Source: Nitrosopumilaceae archaeon (GTDB lineage: Archaea; Thermoproteota; Nitrososphaeria; Nitrososphaerales; Nitrosopumilaceae). Taken from it: a stretch of 64,000 bases of DNA. Made by a program: the position numbers and the translations under genes. Below are positions 53,392 to 64,000 of this stretch, piece by piece. The notes beneath the pieces are model-generated. The model ran no database searches and was not told the origin of the DNA. It saw nothing but the letters and a program-made list of their open reading frames with translations. The stretch is taken from NCBI GenBank assembly GCA_965207375.1, contig CBDBMG010000001.1, forward strand, positions 288,001-352,000. Direction: 5' to 3'. The first letter of the stretch is position 1, and each line of letters opens with the position of its first letter.

Positions 53392-55005
53392 GTAAGTTTG
53401 ATTTGGTTATATCTAGCGTGATTTTTGTAGTACACTGAGTAGCCTGAGGTATATCATAAGTGCGAGGTAGTTTATTGTGGCAGCTAGGGCGGCTATATAT
53501 ATTTGAGGGGGCGGTGACACAATCAATTCTCTTTTATACCATAGGCGATTTTAAGGGGTCTGGGGGTACAGCCCCTCACCCCTACCCTATTGAAAATAAG
53601 TGAAAAATCTTACAGTATAGCTACAACACTGATGGTAAATTAAACAGTGAGTCTATAGAGTCTAGTACATGTTTCTAGGACATACTGGCATGATAGCTAT
53701 ACTTAATTAAGGAGCAAACTTCACACAAAATTTACATTTCTGAGTGAAGTAGTATAACTTCCTTGGTCCCCTGACAAGAAACTAAGCCCCCTGTATCCTA
53801 GTTCTAGAATTATCACTGGTTTTTACACGTATAGCTACACCTTAAAATTCTACTAGTTTGATTATGTCACTGATGTATAAGGGCCCTCTCCGCTTTAAAG
53901 CGTGTGTCATGTTATACCATCTTGATAACACAGTGGTTAGCCCCCTCAGTCAAAAATATAAAAGGATAAATGTATTGTTATACATAGAACACTAATTCTA
54001 TATAAAAGGATGGATGTGTTGTTATAGAACACTAATTCTTGTCCATTTAATTGCATCAAGTAACAATTTATACTAAAGGGGTAGCGGCTATGCATTGCAC
54101 TCTAAATCTGGCATTTCTGTACTTGACAGAATAAAACATCCCATAGCTTCTGAGGGCTACACCCAATAACCCCTACTTTAGAGATCCACTGTACTAGCTG
54201 TGCTTAGCTCCCCTCTCTAGATCTGCCTATGGCTGGGTAGCATAACTATATCACTCTCCTTCATGGGATTCATCATGAATTTTTGATCATTGTTGCTGTT
54301 TTCACAGACTAGCTATGGGGAAGTACATTATGTAGTGAATGATGGAGGTTATGTACATGCTGAGAATATAGATCTAACTAGATATAAAATCTATAAAGTC
54401 TGGGATGTTGAAACCTCTCGGGTACCTGACCATGGCACCGAGGGATGCTATAGTTTCCCAGTGAATAAGTCTTGCGATTAGCAGTGCAGCCTCTATTAAA
54501 ATATCCTTTCTTTCCACAGTTAAGGGGTTTATCACAAACATTATCCCATGGCTATAAACCTGTGAGAAGGCTTATATATAGCTTGTTGACAGGGATGCAG
54601 AAAAAATCATGTCGCGATACTCTTAATCAGTATGCACTTTACACATGCAGTCTGCTATACACCAGACTACATATGAAGACAGGCCATACTGGAACGAAAT
54701 TGAACAAAAATGATTTATTACATTATACATGTGATCTGTTAGACTACACCCATGAGAATAATCTTCAAAGCATAGTGCTTGAATATCTTGATCCATAATA
54801 TAATATCTCTGTGGTGCTTAGCCCTATTGAAGCACAATTAAATACTGGGCTTCAGTTTATGGCAACATAAATTTTGTTCTACAATGTCTGCAGTGAATGG
54901 AAAAGAATGACAGTGAACTTGAACATACTATGCACCATGTTTATTAATGTCTTGCATAATAAGTAAAATAGACTGTACATGAGCTTGTGCATGATATTTT
55001 TATAG

Positions 55006-55081
55006 GCACTGGTGATATGGGGTCAGCAGACACTTGCACCAATCACTTCAACCTTTCCCCCTCCTCCAACCATGAATGCTG
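55006..55081 (+). CDS. Gene 5 exon 2 (ALVIWGQQTLAPITSTFPPPPTMNA)
   Basis: 76 nt, phase 0/1; paralogue of 42973-43048. Confidence 0.75.
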
Positions 55082-55350
55082 GTATAGTCAAAATATTATT
55101 ATTTCATTATTTTAATTTTAGTTTTTAAAAATTGCATTTAAAAACATAGGAACAACACTCTGGCAATGAATAATTTATACAAGACTAATACAAAAATGTC
55201 CATCAAAAGTATGTACATAATTATAGCTAGAATTTAAAAAATCTTGTGCCAGTGTTGTTCCATATATCCTATTGCATTTTTCCTTGGGTTTTTTAGGTAA
55301 AACATGTAAATTTACATGCAGTCTTTTATTGTGTCATTCCTTAGTAGCTA

Positions 55351-56776
55351 CTAGAATAATAAAAAATTGAAAATTTAAATGGTGAGTAGGGAATATAAAT
55401 TATTATACAAAATCATCACCAGAATCAATCTCAGAGCATTTAATTTTCAAAATTTTCCTGGGGGGGCATGCCCCCAGACCCCCCTGTAGGGATCGAAGGG
55501 ATCCACTAGTACAGTGCTACAAAAAGTAAGGAAACAAGAAATAAGATTCTGGCACGAATGAACACTAAAGATTCTGGCAAGAGATAATTTATAAAAGTTT
55601 AATCCCTACTTTTGGCTCATATTAGTCATTATAGTACATTTGCCAAAAGTAGGGATTAAACTTTTATAAATTATCTCATGCCAGAATCTTCAGTGTTCAT
55701 TCGTGCCAGAATCTTATTTCTTGTTTCCTTACTTTTTGTAGCACTGTACTAGTGGATCCCTTCGATCCCTACTCATCATTTAAATTTTCAATTTTTTATT
55801 ATTCTAGTTTGTAAGCTTTTTATAGGGCATTATAATAATCATTCAGGTGCCTATATAGCAGCTACACAAAAATATACAGGCGCTAACATAATTATGGCTT
55901 CTTTACAGGCGCTTGTTAACAACCTGCTTGTGTGGCAAAGCAGCTGTGCAAGCAAATTACATCCTTTAAAAACAGCGAATATATTTGTCCAGCTGCTTGT
56001 CGATGTTGACTGGTGTGTGTTTCAGTTGAATTAGTTTAGTTATAATTTATGGAGTCGTATAGTGTATAGTCGTTTTCAAATAGTTGTTAGTTATCAAGTA
56101 ATGTAACAGTGGATGTGGCGTAAGTTGATGCTGTGTGTTTTTGTGTAATGGGATAGCAACCACGTGTGTGTATGCGCATGCGTAATATTTAAGTATTGTA
56201 GCCTAGAATGCTTCTAAGCCGTTAAACAATATTCCTCTGACAACATCGAAGAGATATGCAACATTCCATGCATGAAGCGATTTGTAACTATAAAACGGCA
56301 GGCGCGCATTATTGTACCTGTTTACACCTTGTATGGAATGTTGTGGTCATGCTGAAATTGTTTACGCATTCCAATCGATAGAGAAGAAAGTAAAGAAAGG
56401 AAGTATAAAGGAATCACCATGGCGCAGTGGATAAATCGTCTTCGGAACAACAGTTTCGTAAATGGGAAAGGATAACCTTTGCCGTGCTGAATTTCTGGAG
56501 CCGTACACCTAGCGGAACCCGGTCTTACGGCAGGCTGGCAGGCCGGCAGACGAAATCCAGGTGATTTTTGAATTTTTTAAAATTCACTATAGATCGAAAT
56601 AATCGATATTTCGCTTTGTTAAACAAATGTAAAGCATTATTATAGCTGTGCCAGTGCGTTTAAGTTGGTTTTTTCGGCTAAAGCGCATTGTAAGGTGGGT
56701 TTCTAGATGTGCGAAAATTCCACATTCCATACATTCCTTATCGATCCCTACTATTAAGTACTACCGTACTTAATGA
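55351..56776 (-). mobile_element. Helitron-like family B copy 3, complete, diverged subfamily
   Basis: Minus strand TCATTAAGTAC...TTCTAG; empty site at 63475/63476 (GCTA|TACT) shows A|T insertion without TSD; palindrome 55351-55807. Confidence 0.9.
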
Positions 56777-58916
56777 TACTATGATTAATAAGATTGCAGT
56801 CAAGCTTGATATCAAGTAGTCCACTCAATCCTACAGTATAGCTTTAATAGTTAGGGGTGAGAACGAGTATAATTAGTTGAAAGTGAGAAATATTTGCTGA
56901 ATTCCACTGACACACGGTGGTGATTGATATCATGAAGAAGTGAGACCACAAAATGTGACTGTCTCTGATGAAGAGAAGGCCACTTTAACTGATGCAAACA
57001 AGAATCAGATGACTTTGTCCATCCTCATATGGATTGTTTCCATATGCTGTCACAAACCCAGTGAGCAGCATGATGCTGAACATTCTCCAAACATGCAATG
57101 TCACCGGGAAAGTGCAAATACCAAAGCAAAGTTGCATATTCCAAAACAGGACGAACTATGCACTTGTAGGAAACAGCTTTAATTGCGGATGAACAGGCAA
57201 TCTCAAAAAATTAAGATAGCGAGAAGCTTTGGCCGTAACATATTTAACCAAACTTTCTATAGCAAAGTAGCATGAAGTACATAGCTGTACTTCATGCTAC
57301 TTTAAAATGTTTGGAAAAACTGAGAGAAATTGCTTAATATTATAGCCATAATCAAGTACTATCCAGACACAGTAACAACATAGTTACAGATGGCCAGGTC
57401 TGCTTTTACTAATAGCATTTTGTTGACCCTGTAAAGCAATGAAGAGTTACTGAAGGGCATTAATAAGGTGGCATAGGGTGCCAAGCTGCTCCCAATGTCC
57501 ACCTCAGCTTGTGCTAGGGCCACTGTGATCAACTATTGAACATACAGCTTGGCTGCCTCTGTCTACTGGCAGTTATAACCAACCCACCATCACCCTCCCC
57601 ACACCCTTCCCACATGCTCATCCTTTATATGCAACATTCATGATATTCCGAAAACATTCAAAGCCTCTCAAAATCAACGATTTCGACTACGTAGCTGCCA
57701 ACTTTGTTCATGTAATGCTAGCTACATATAAAACTAGTTGCAAATCTAGAGTGATTAATATTATATACAATTAAGCATACAGAGTCTTGAATAATTAAAA
57801 TTGGTATTTGTGACAATACAGCCAGTTTTCAGGCACTAACAGTACAAGATTAGCTGTGATGCATAGCCACGCTGAGTTCACCCTATCATGAAGCAACTAC
57901 AGTAAAAACCCAACTAAACTGCTACTGTTCTTGGCTTTGTATTGTTAATTTGCTAGATTGTAAGTCAGTGTGAAAATAGTCTGCATTAGCTATACATTGC
58001 TGATTCTTTAAATAGCTCTCCTGTGTGTTAACACATTACAGTATAACCGATAACACATCAGTACAATAGCTGGTTCAATATTTTCCAACATACAAATTAT
58101 ATTCTGTATAAGCAACAATGCAGTCAAATGATTGGTGTGCTATAGTTAGCATTTATCCTATGGTGATCATGAGAGTGGCTGATAGCCATTAATGTGATAT
58201 ACATGGATAGTCACTTTACGAAAGTTTGTCCATAGTTGCAAGTAATATCATAAATGGCTTCCGTATAGCAAAATTGTATGCTTTGTTATATGAGTATTTC
58301 ATCAGTAGAAGTTTTGTTACAATGCCTCTAAACATTGCTATGTTAGCAGGAGGCAAGGAGGAAGGTACGTATAGTAGAAACATGTAGCCAGAGTGGATAG
58401 ATTTCATTTTCACAGTCAGCGAATTATTGCTAAGTATTAGCAGGTTTTGTGTTGGCAGCAAAATCCTTTTCCCTTGAATAGAGTGAGTGACAAGAGAGTG
58501 CTAAGATGATGGTAGCTATTGGGCAGTAGCTACACACTTAATATTTCATTGGCATATGTATGTATGTTACAGCTTTGTTTAGAGAACATGACCTTTGATG
58601 GTTTTAAAGTAGAGCACTTTTTCTTGTTGGACACAGTAGAACCACTCTGATTTTAAGTGTCTTTTGCCATAGTATTTCCCAACCACCTTCTTGTTATTTT
58701 TAAAAAATCAGTATCCAATTTATGTCAAAAGAATATAGCTAACGGACAGCTGAACTACAGCAAAAATTGAAATCATGCCACTCTTTTTATTTGCCACATG
58801 GAAGTTGTTTTACATCATGTTTGTGACCTGTTTGCAACTACTCTGTACAAGACACAATTTGACAATTTGTCTCTCTGACTTATTTAATTGCTCTTGTTTT
58901 TTATCTATTTTATTAG

Positions 58917-59231
58917 ATGTTCCACCAGACATTGATGAGGGGCCATTTATACCACAGCCACCTACTGTTATGCCTGGAGACATGACAGTTACAATAGGAA
59001 CTCCTACATATATAGTTGATGGATTTGACGTTACTCTTGTCTGTAACATTGCTAGTGGAACACGCCCAATTACCATTATGTGGATTCGTAATGGAGCATC
59101 TTACCCAGCTGGAGGAAATCAATCTATTATTATAGTACCTGATACTGATTATAATGATGGCGATGTCTTCACTTGTAGAGCTGATAATACTATAGGGTTT
59201 GACATGGAGAGTACTACTATAAATGTGTTTG
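58917..59231 (+). CDS. Gene 5 Ig-like domain exon 1
   Basis: VTLVCN..TIMWIRNG..DGDVFTCRADN; 315 nt, phase 1/1; close paralogue of 43394-43702. Confidence 0.88.
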
Positions 59232-60904
59232 GTAAGTGAAATTTCCATATTTTCATTCATAGTAACATACAATTAATACAAGTCAGTCTTATTGCATAAT
59301 TTCATGTCAATGATATAAGAATTGAAATATTGACAACTTTACTGAAATCTGTGTTATTAAGTGGTAATGAGTTACACAGCCAAGTAAAGTAGACTTAATT
59401 CATGCATAGTCATAAAGCATGCCACCACCACATTGAGTATTGCAAGCATGTAATAAAACACCAAACTGAACTGTTACTAAACCTTTTAAATACTGGGCTC
59501 CATAAAACCACTTACCAGTGATCTTCACTATGTCTTCCAACCTAGGATGTTAATCCTTTTCTAGCTTCTACTTATGGATTCTATAGGACATTCTAAGTCT
59601 AGACCTATCACTGGTTTTTACAAAAGTTTCTTGACATAAATAGTATCATGCACTTATGATATAGTTTGGTCTTTCTCTAAATCAACTTTGTGGGTTTGTA
59701 AAATTTCAGGCTGAACCACCTCTGTAATATTGTATGGCTCATGTGTCCTTGACTAATTAAGGTGTGAATTTTATGTTTTACATTAGCTAATAACATTGTA
59801 CTGCATAGCATATGTGAGAGCAACACTGATTGTCAGCCTTGTTTGAAATTTATATTTGTTTTAATGTATAGAAGCCATTCATATCATTTTCATAAGTGAC
59901 TATGCTAATGTAACACATAAAAATTCCTCCAAACTGTTTTTATTCAACCAATAAAGTTATGATACCTTTAGGAGAAGGGAGACTTATCAGACAAAGAAAT
60001 TAAAGACGATGGTATCGTTACAGTTGGAGTTGGAATTGCCATACAATATGCTCTATATAATTCCCACTCAAGTCACATTAATCACCTAAACTAAAGTATG
60101 CATGCAAGTACCACACTTAGTGCTTTTTATACATGCAGCTATCTACTTAACAGTAGTCAGACATCATACCACTGTTACTGTTCATTACATAATTTTTGAG
60201 ACCTATTAAAATCAGGTGATACTTGTCTTTATCAGGTGGTCATAATATAAAGGTTATTGATAAGGTGTGTCATTGTACACATATCCGGCTCATTGAGTAG
60301 CTAGCTATAATTAATAGTCTGATTTCCGGGTAATGATGTAGTTTATTTTTGCATTTCACTATCTCAGTAAAGTAACTCTTACTCTTTTAACAAGCAATCT
60401 AAGAAAGTAAGTAAGGCCTCAGTCCCCGCCCTTAGTTTAAACATCCTTTGAATTTTGTTCCATATGTGTAGAGCTTGTCTTTGCTCTTCATACTTTAATG
60501 TCACGGAGTCACCAAATAAAATATGATTAAGGTGCTTAATTTATAAACCTTCTATGACTGTTTTAAGTTACAGAAGATACTTCACATTTGTATTAAAAGA
60601 ATACCCAATACGTAAGTTAACCACTTAGCTATAAGGGTTGACAGTTATAAGTGATGAAACTATAAGAACTAATTCGGAATGTTCAAGGAATGTAAATTAG
60701 GTCCTTTTGAACATTTTTACAGCTTAACGTGACTTTTGATAATATTTGCAGTGCATTATCACTTTGTATAGAAGTCATTATTAGACCATCATCTTTTCCA
60801 AATCATTCTGAATCAAGAGAATGGAAACACTATAATATTACCTAAACAATATTCATTTCTATTGATTCCAGTATAGCAAAATTTGTATAGATTACTTGAC
60901 AGTT

Positions 60905-61154
60905 GATATTTTGATGAATAGTGTGCCTGTATACACGCTAACTAACTACATGTATCGGAATGCATCAAAAACCCCTTAAATTGATGAGGTAATACGACTA
61001 ACACGCAACCCATGTATTTCTGTAAGACAGTTGGTATTTTTGATGAATAGTGTGCCTGTATACACGCCAACTAACTGCATGTATCAGAATGCATCAACAA
61101 CCCCTTAAAGTGACAAGGTAATACGACTAACATGCAACCCATGTATTTCTGTAA
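60905..61154 (+). repeat. 2 x ~127-bp tandem duplication
   Basis: TTTTGATGAATAGTGTGCCTGTATACACGC...CCCATGTATTTCTGTAA occurs twice. Confidence 0.85.
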
Positions 61155-61239
61155 AACACGCAATCATTACGTAACAGTTGGATTAATAACTACCCACTCC
61201 AGGTTTTGTTTATATAGCACAAGTTTATAAACTCCTATT

Positions 61240-61447
61240 ATGACTGCTGTCACTATGGCTACTGTCGCTATGACTTCTGTGACTATCACTAGTTACTATG
61301 ACTACTATGACTATGACTACTATGACTATGACTACTGTGACTATGACTACTGTGACTATGACTACTATGACTATGACTACTATGACTATGACTACTGTGA
61401 CTATTGTGACTATTGTGACTGTGACTATTGTCACTATGACTATTGTG
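61240..61447 (+). repeat. (GACTAT/GACTAC/GACTGT)n minisatellite just before the Ig2 acceptor
   Basis: Seen directly. Confidence 0.9.
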
Positions 61448-61465
61448 AATTTGTGTTGTTTGCAG

Positions 61466-61807
61466 AGCCACCACAAATTCTACCTATTCCTTTCCCAACT
61501 CCTCCACCTGGTGAAATGACAGTCAGTACTGGTCAACTTATGAATGCTACTATTATTACACTTGGCACAGATGTTACTATTTACTGTCCATCCAGTGGTA
61601 TTGATACTCCTAGTATTGAATGGTTCAGAAATAGTGTAATGGTTGTGGCTGGTGGTCGGTTTACAATCTCTACAACAACATTACCTGGAGCAGTCATTAC
61701 TAGTGTTTTAAGAATTGATGATTTTCAAGGATCAGATGCTGGTACTTATACCTGTACTGCTACCAATGTAGTGGGTTCAGATGATGGAGGTACTAAGTTG
61801 CTAGGAG
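61466..61807 (+). CDS. Gene 5 Ig I-set domain exon 2
   Basis: VTIYCPSSGIDTPSIEWFRN..SVLRIDDFQGSDAGTYTCTATNVVG; ttgcAG acceptor; G|GTTAGT donor, or TAG at 61810-61812 if unspliced. Confidence 0.88.
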
Positions 61808-62425
61808 GTTAGTTGTTACAGGCTACATATTTCATTTCATTGTTATGTCAAATTTGTTGTAACACCTTCACACAATTACATCAAAGGATGCAGGTGTGGA
61901 TATCAGCACACTTGGCTGTGGTATAACCAGGACATCAAAGTGTATAAGTGTGGCATAATCTGATGTCACCTATTTGAAGTGTTCAACAACTTTAACTTGG
62001 TCTTTATATAGTCACACCAATGCAATATCGATTGTAGTTTTTAGTTTTTTAAGCTGATTATTAATTGCCATTTGCTCAATACAGTTTTGTTTTTAATCTA
62101 AAAATGTTTCTAAAGGCTATCTGTTATCTATTTCAAGCTTATAAGCCGAAGCATAACTAAGCGCCATTTGAGCTGAGTTGCTCACGTGACAAAAATAATA
62201 TATTTACTGTGTGACTGTATGTATATTAATCTACTTTAGTTACAATACTCACCATTATATTAAGCCCATTATAAGTCTTGCAGCTTTATAAAAAGTTGTG
62301 GTAAACCCACAATCACTGCCACTACCATGCAAGAATGTCATGACAATGATAAAATAGAGACCCACAATGAGTACTCATTACTATATAAAGAGGCTGAGAG
62401 TTTAGCATCAAGGCCATCCAATTGG

Positions 62426-62788
62426 TAGTGATGTGTGATATTGAGTTTTTATAGACTATACGATATCAATATAATAATTACTTTACAAGTTCAATATCAA
62501 TACAATAATAATATCTGCTATATGTACCAAGTACCAACTGCCAAGTAAATGATTAATTACTCTAAGGGTTTGCTACTGCAGGTTTTTATAAATCCTTGCT
62601 AATTTCAGTGGAAAAGTTTAATATTTTTTACAGCAAACTCATCGAAGGTATGATATTTGAACAACTTTACATGGAAAAATCTTTAAACGATAAATTGTTT
62701 ATGTAAAGTAAAAATCGATAATGAAATCGATACGGTATCATCGATTATTGCAATGTGGATAAAAGAAACGATATATTGCGCATCATTA
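62426..62788. mobile_element. hAT-type MITE
   Basis: TIR TAGTGATGTGTGATAT / ATATTGCGCATCATTA; 8-bp TSD CCAATTGG. Confidence 0.8.
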
Positions 62789-62889
62789 CCAATTGGTGTC
62801 CTCTATAGGTACCATTCTTTTAATTGTGACATCACAGTGGCAAGATGCCCTCCAGAAAAGCAGACCAGTTCATATTGGACAATAGAGAC

Positions 62890-63096
62890 CGAGGGGTCCT
62901 TCATTCTTTGAAATGTCGTTGATCAACTCTGAAATTTATTTGAAATTTTTTATTACAATAAATTTTGAAATTTGAAATCTTATTTTTGGTTATGTTTGGA
63001 TATTGGAAGTCATTGTGTTCGGGAAATTTAAAATTCAGCCTAAATATTAGCAAATTTTAAATGTTGTTGACAAATTTGAGGAGTGAAGGACCCCAG
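62890..63096. mobile_element. Small MITE
   Basis: GGGGTCCTTCA / TGAAGGACCCC; TAGAGAC on both flanks. Confidence 0.6.
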
Positions 63097-63409
63097 TAGA
63101 GACACTGTGCATGGGGTTGAGTTTCTCAAAGTTGGGGGCTCTTCCCCTCCAGCTCCCCAGTCCTCATTCCGCTGCCACCAATAATAAGAGTTGAAGAAAG
63201 TTTAAATACATAGTTTCTAAGATCAAGATTTATCCTTCAAATTCCAAAAAGAGTTATAGCCATGCAGCCTGTCATCAAAATTTTACCAATAATTTTAATG
63301 GCTCAAAACTTTAGCTAGCTACATGGCTACCTATCAATTATTTGCACTACTATAGTAAAAGACACAGCTACTAACTGCATAAGTATACAGCTAGCTATTA
63401 TGAAATTTT

Positions 63410-64000
63410 GGGGTTTTTTAGGTAAAACATGTAAATTTACATGCAGTCTTTTATTGTGTCATTCCTTAGTAGCTATACTGTGATTAATGAGATTGCAGTC
63501 AAGCTTGATGTCAAGTAGTCCACTCAATCCTACAGTATAGCTTCAATAGTTAGGGGGTGAGAATGAGTACGTATGACTAGTTGAAAGTGAGAAATATTTG
63601 CTGAATTCCACTGACACACGGTGGTGATTGATATCATGAAGAAGTGAGACCACAAAATGTGACTGTCTCTGATGAAGAGAAGGCCACTTTAACTGATGCA
63701 AACAAGAATCAGATGACTTTGTCCATCCTCATATGGATTGTTTCCATATGCTGTCACAAACCCAGTGAGCAGCATGATGGTGAACATTCTCCAAACATGC
63801 AATGTCACCGGGAAAGTGCAAATACCAAAGCAAAGTTGCATATTCCAAAACAGGACGAACTATGCACTTGTAGGAAACAGCTTTAATTGCGGATGAACAG
63901 GCAATCTCAAAAAATTAAGACAGCGAGAAGCTTTGGCCATAACATATTTAACCAAACTTTCTATAGCAAAGTAGCATGAAGTACATAGCTGTACTTCATG
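63410..64000 (+). repeat. Recent duplicate of 55285-55350 + 56777-57300, lacking the family B element
   Basis: Near-identical sequence; ORFs 56940 and 63644 differ by one residue. Confidence 0.92.

Noticed and set aside
56940-57182. 80-aa ORF repeated at 63644-63886
   Set aside because: GTG start, no recognisable domain; identity is explained by the recent duplication.
61240-61465. Tyr/Asp/Cys-rich N-terminus of the 190-aa ORF
   Set aside because: Intronic minisatellite that is in frame by chance; a good acceptor lies at 61464-61465.

Overview
AT-rich, intron-containing animal DNA. The domain content (IgGFc-binding N-domain, Calx-beta, Ig, phase-1 exons, ~50-bp introns) suggests a basal metazoan, probably a demosponge (inference). 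The + strand holds a cluster of predicted secreted-protein genes: (1) the 3' end of a gene with a basic, bacterial-Ig-like C-terminal domain (2352-3836); (2) a signal peptide + IgGFc-binding-N + Calx-beta gene (9528-17515, possibly to 25574); (3) a decayed paralogue (32756-37716); (4) a Pro-rich + Ig + basic-domain gene (42973-48243); (5) a signal peptide + Pro-rich + Ig + Ig gene (53350-61807+). Introns and spacers are full of TE debris: hAT-, TA- and MULE-type MITEs with TSDs, a Mutator-like+YqaJ relic, a pogo-type DDE_1+PHD relic, a LINE 3' end and a DIRS fragment. The most unusual signal is two non-coding mobile families that each end in a near-perfect 300-420-bp palindrome. One has Helitron termini (TC...CTAG in an A|T site, no TSD, shown by a paralogous empty site in this window). 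In both, the two arms co-vary within a copy and the loop occurs in both orientations (flip/flop), as expected if the palindrome is regenerated through a hairpin intermediate. All coordinates and translations were read by eye.
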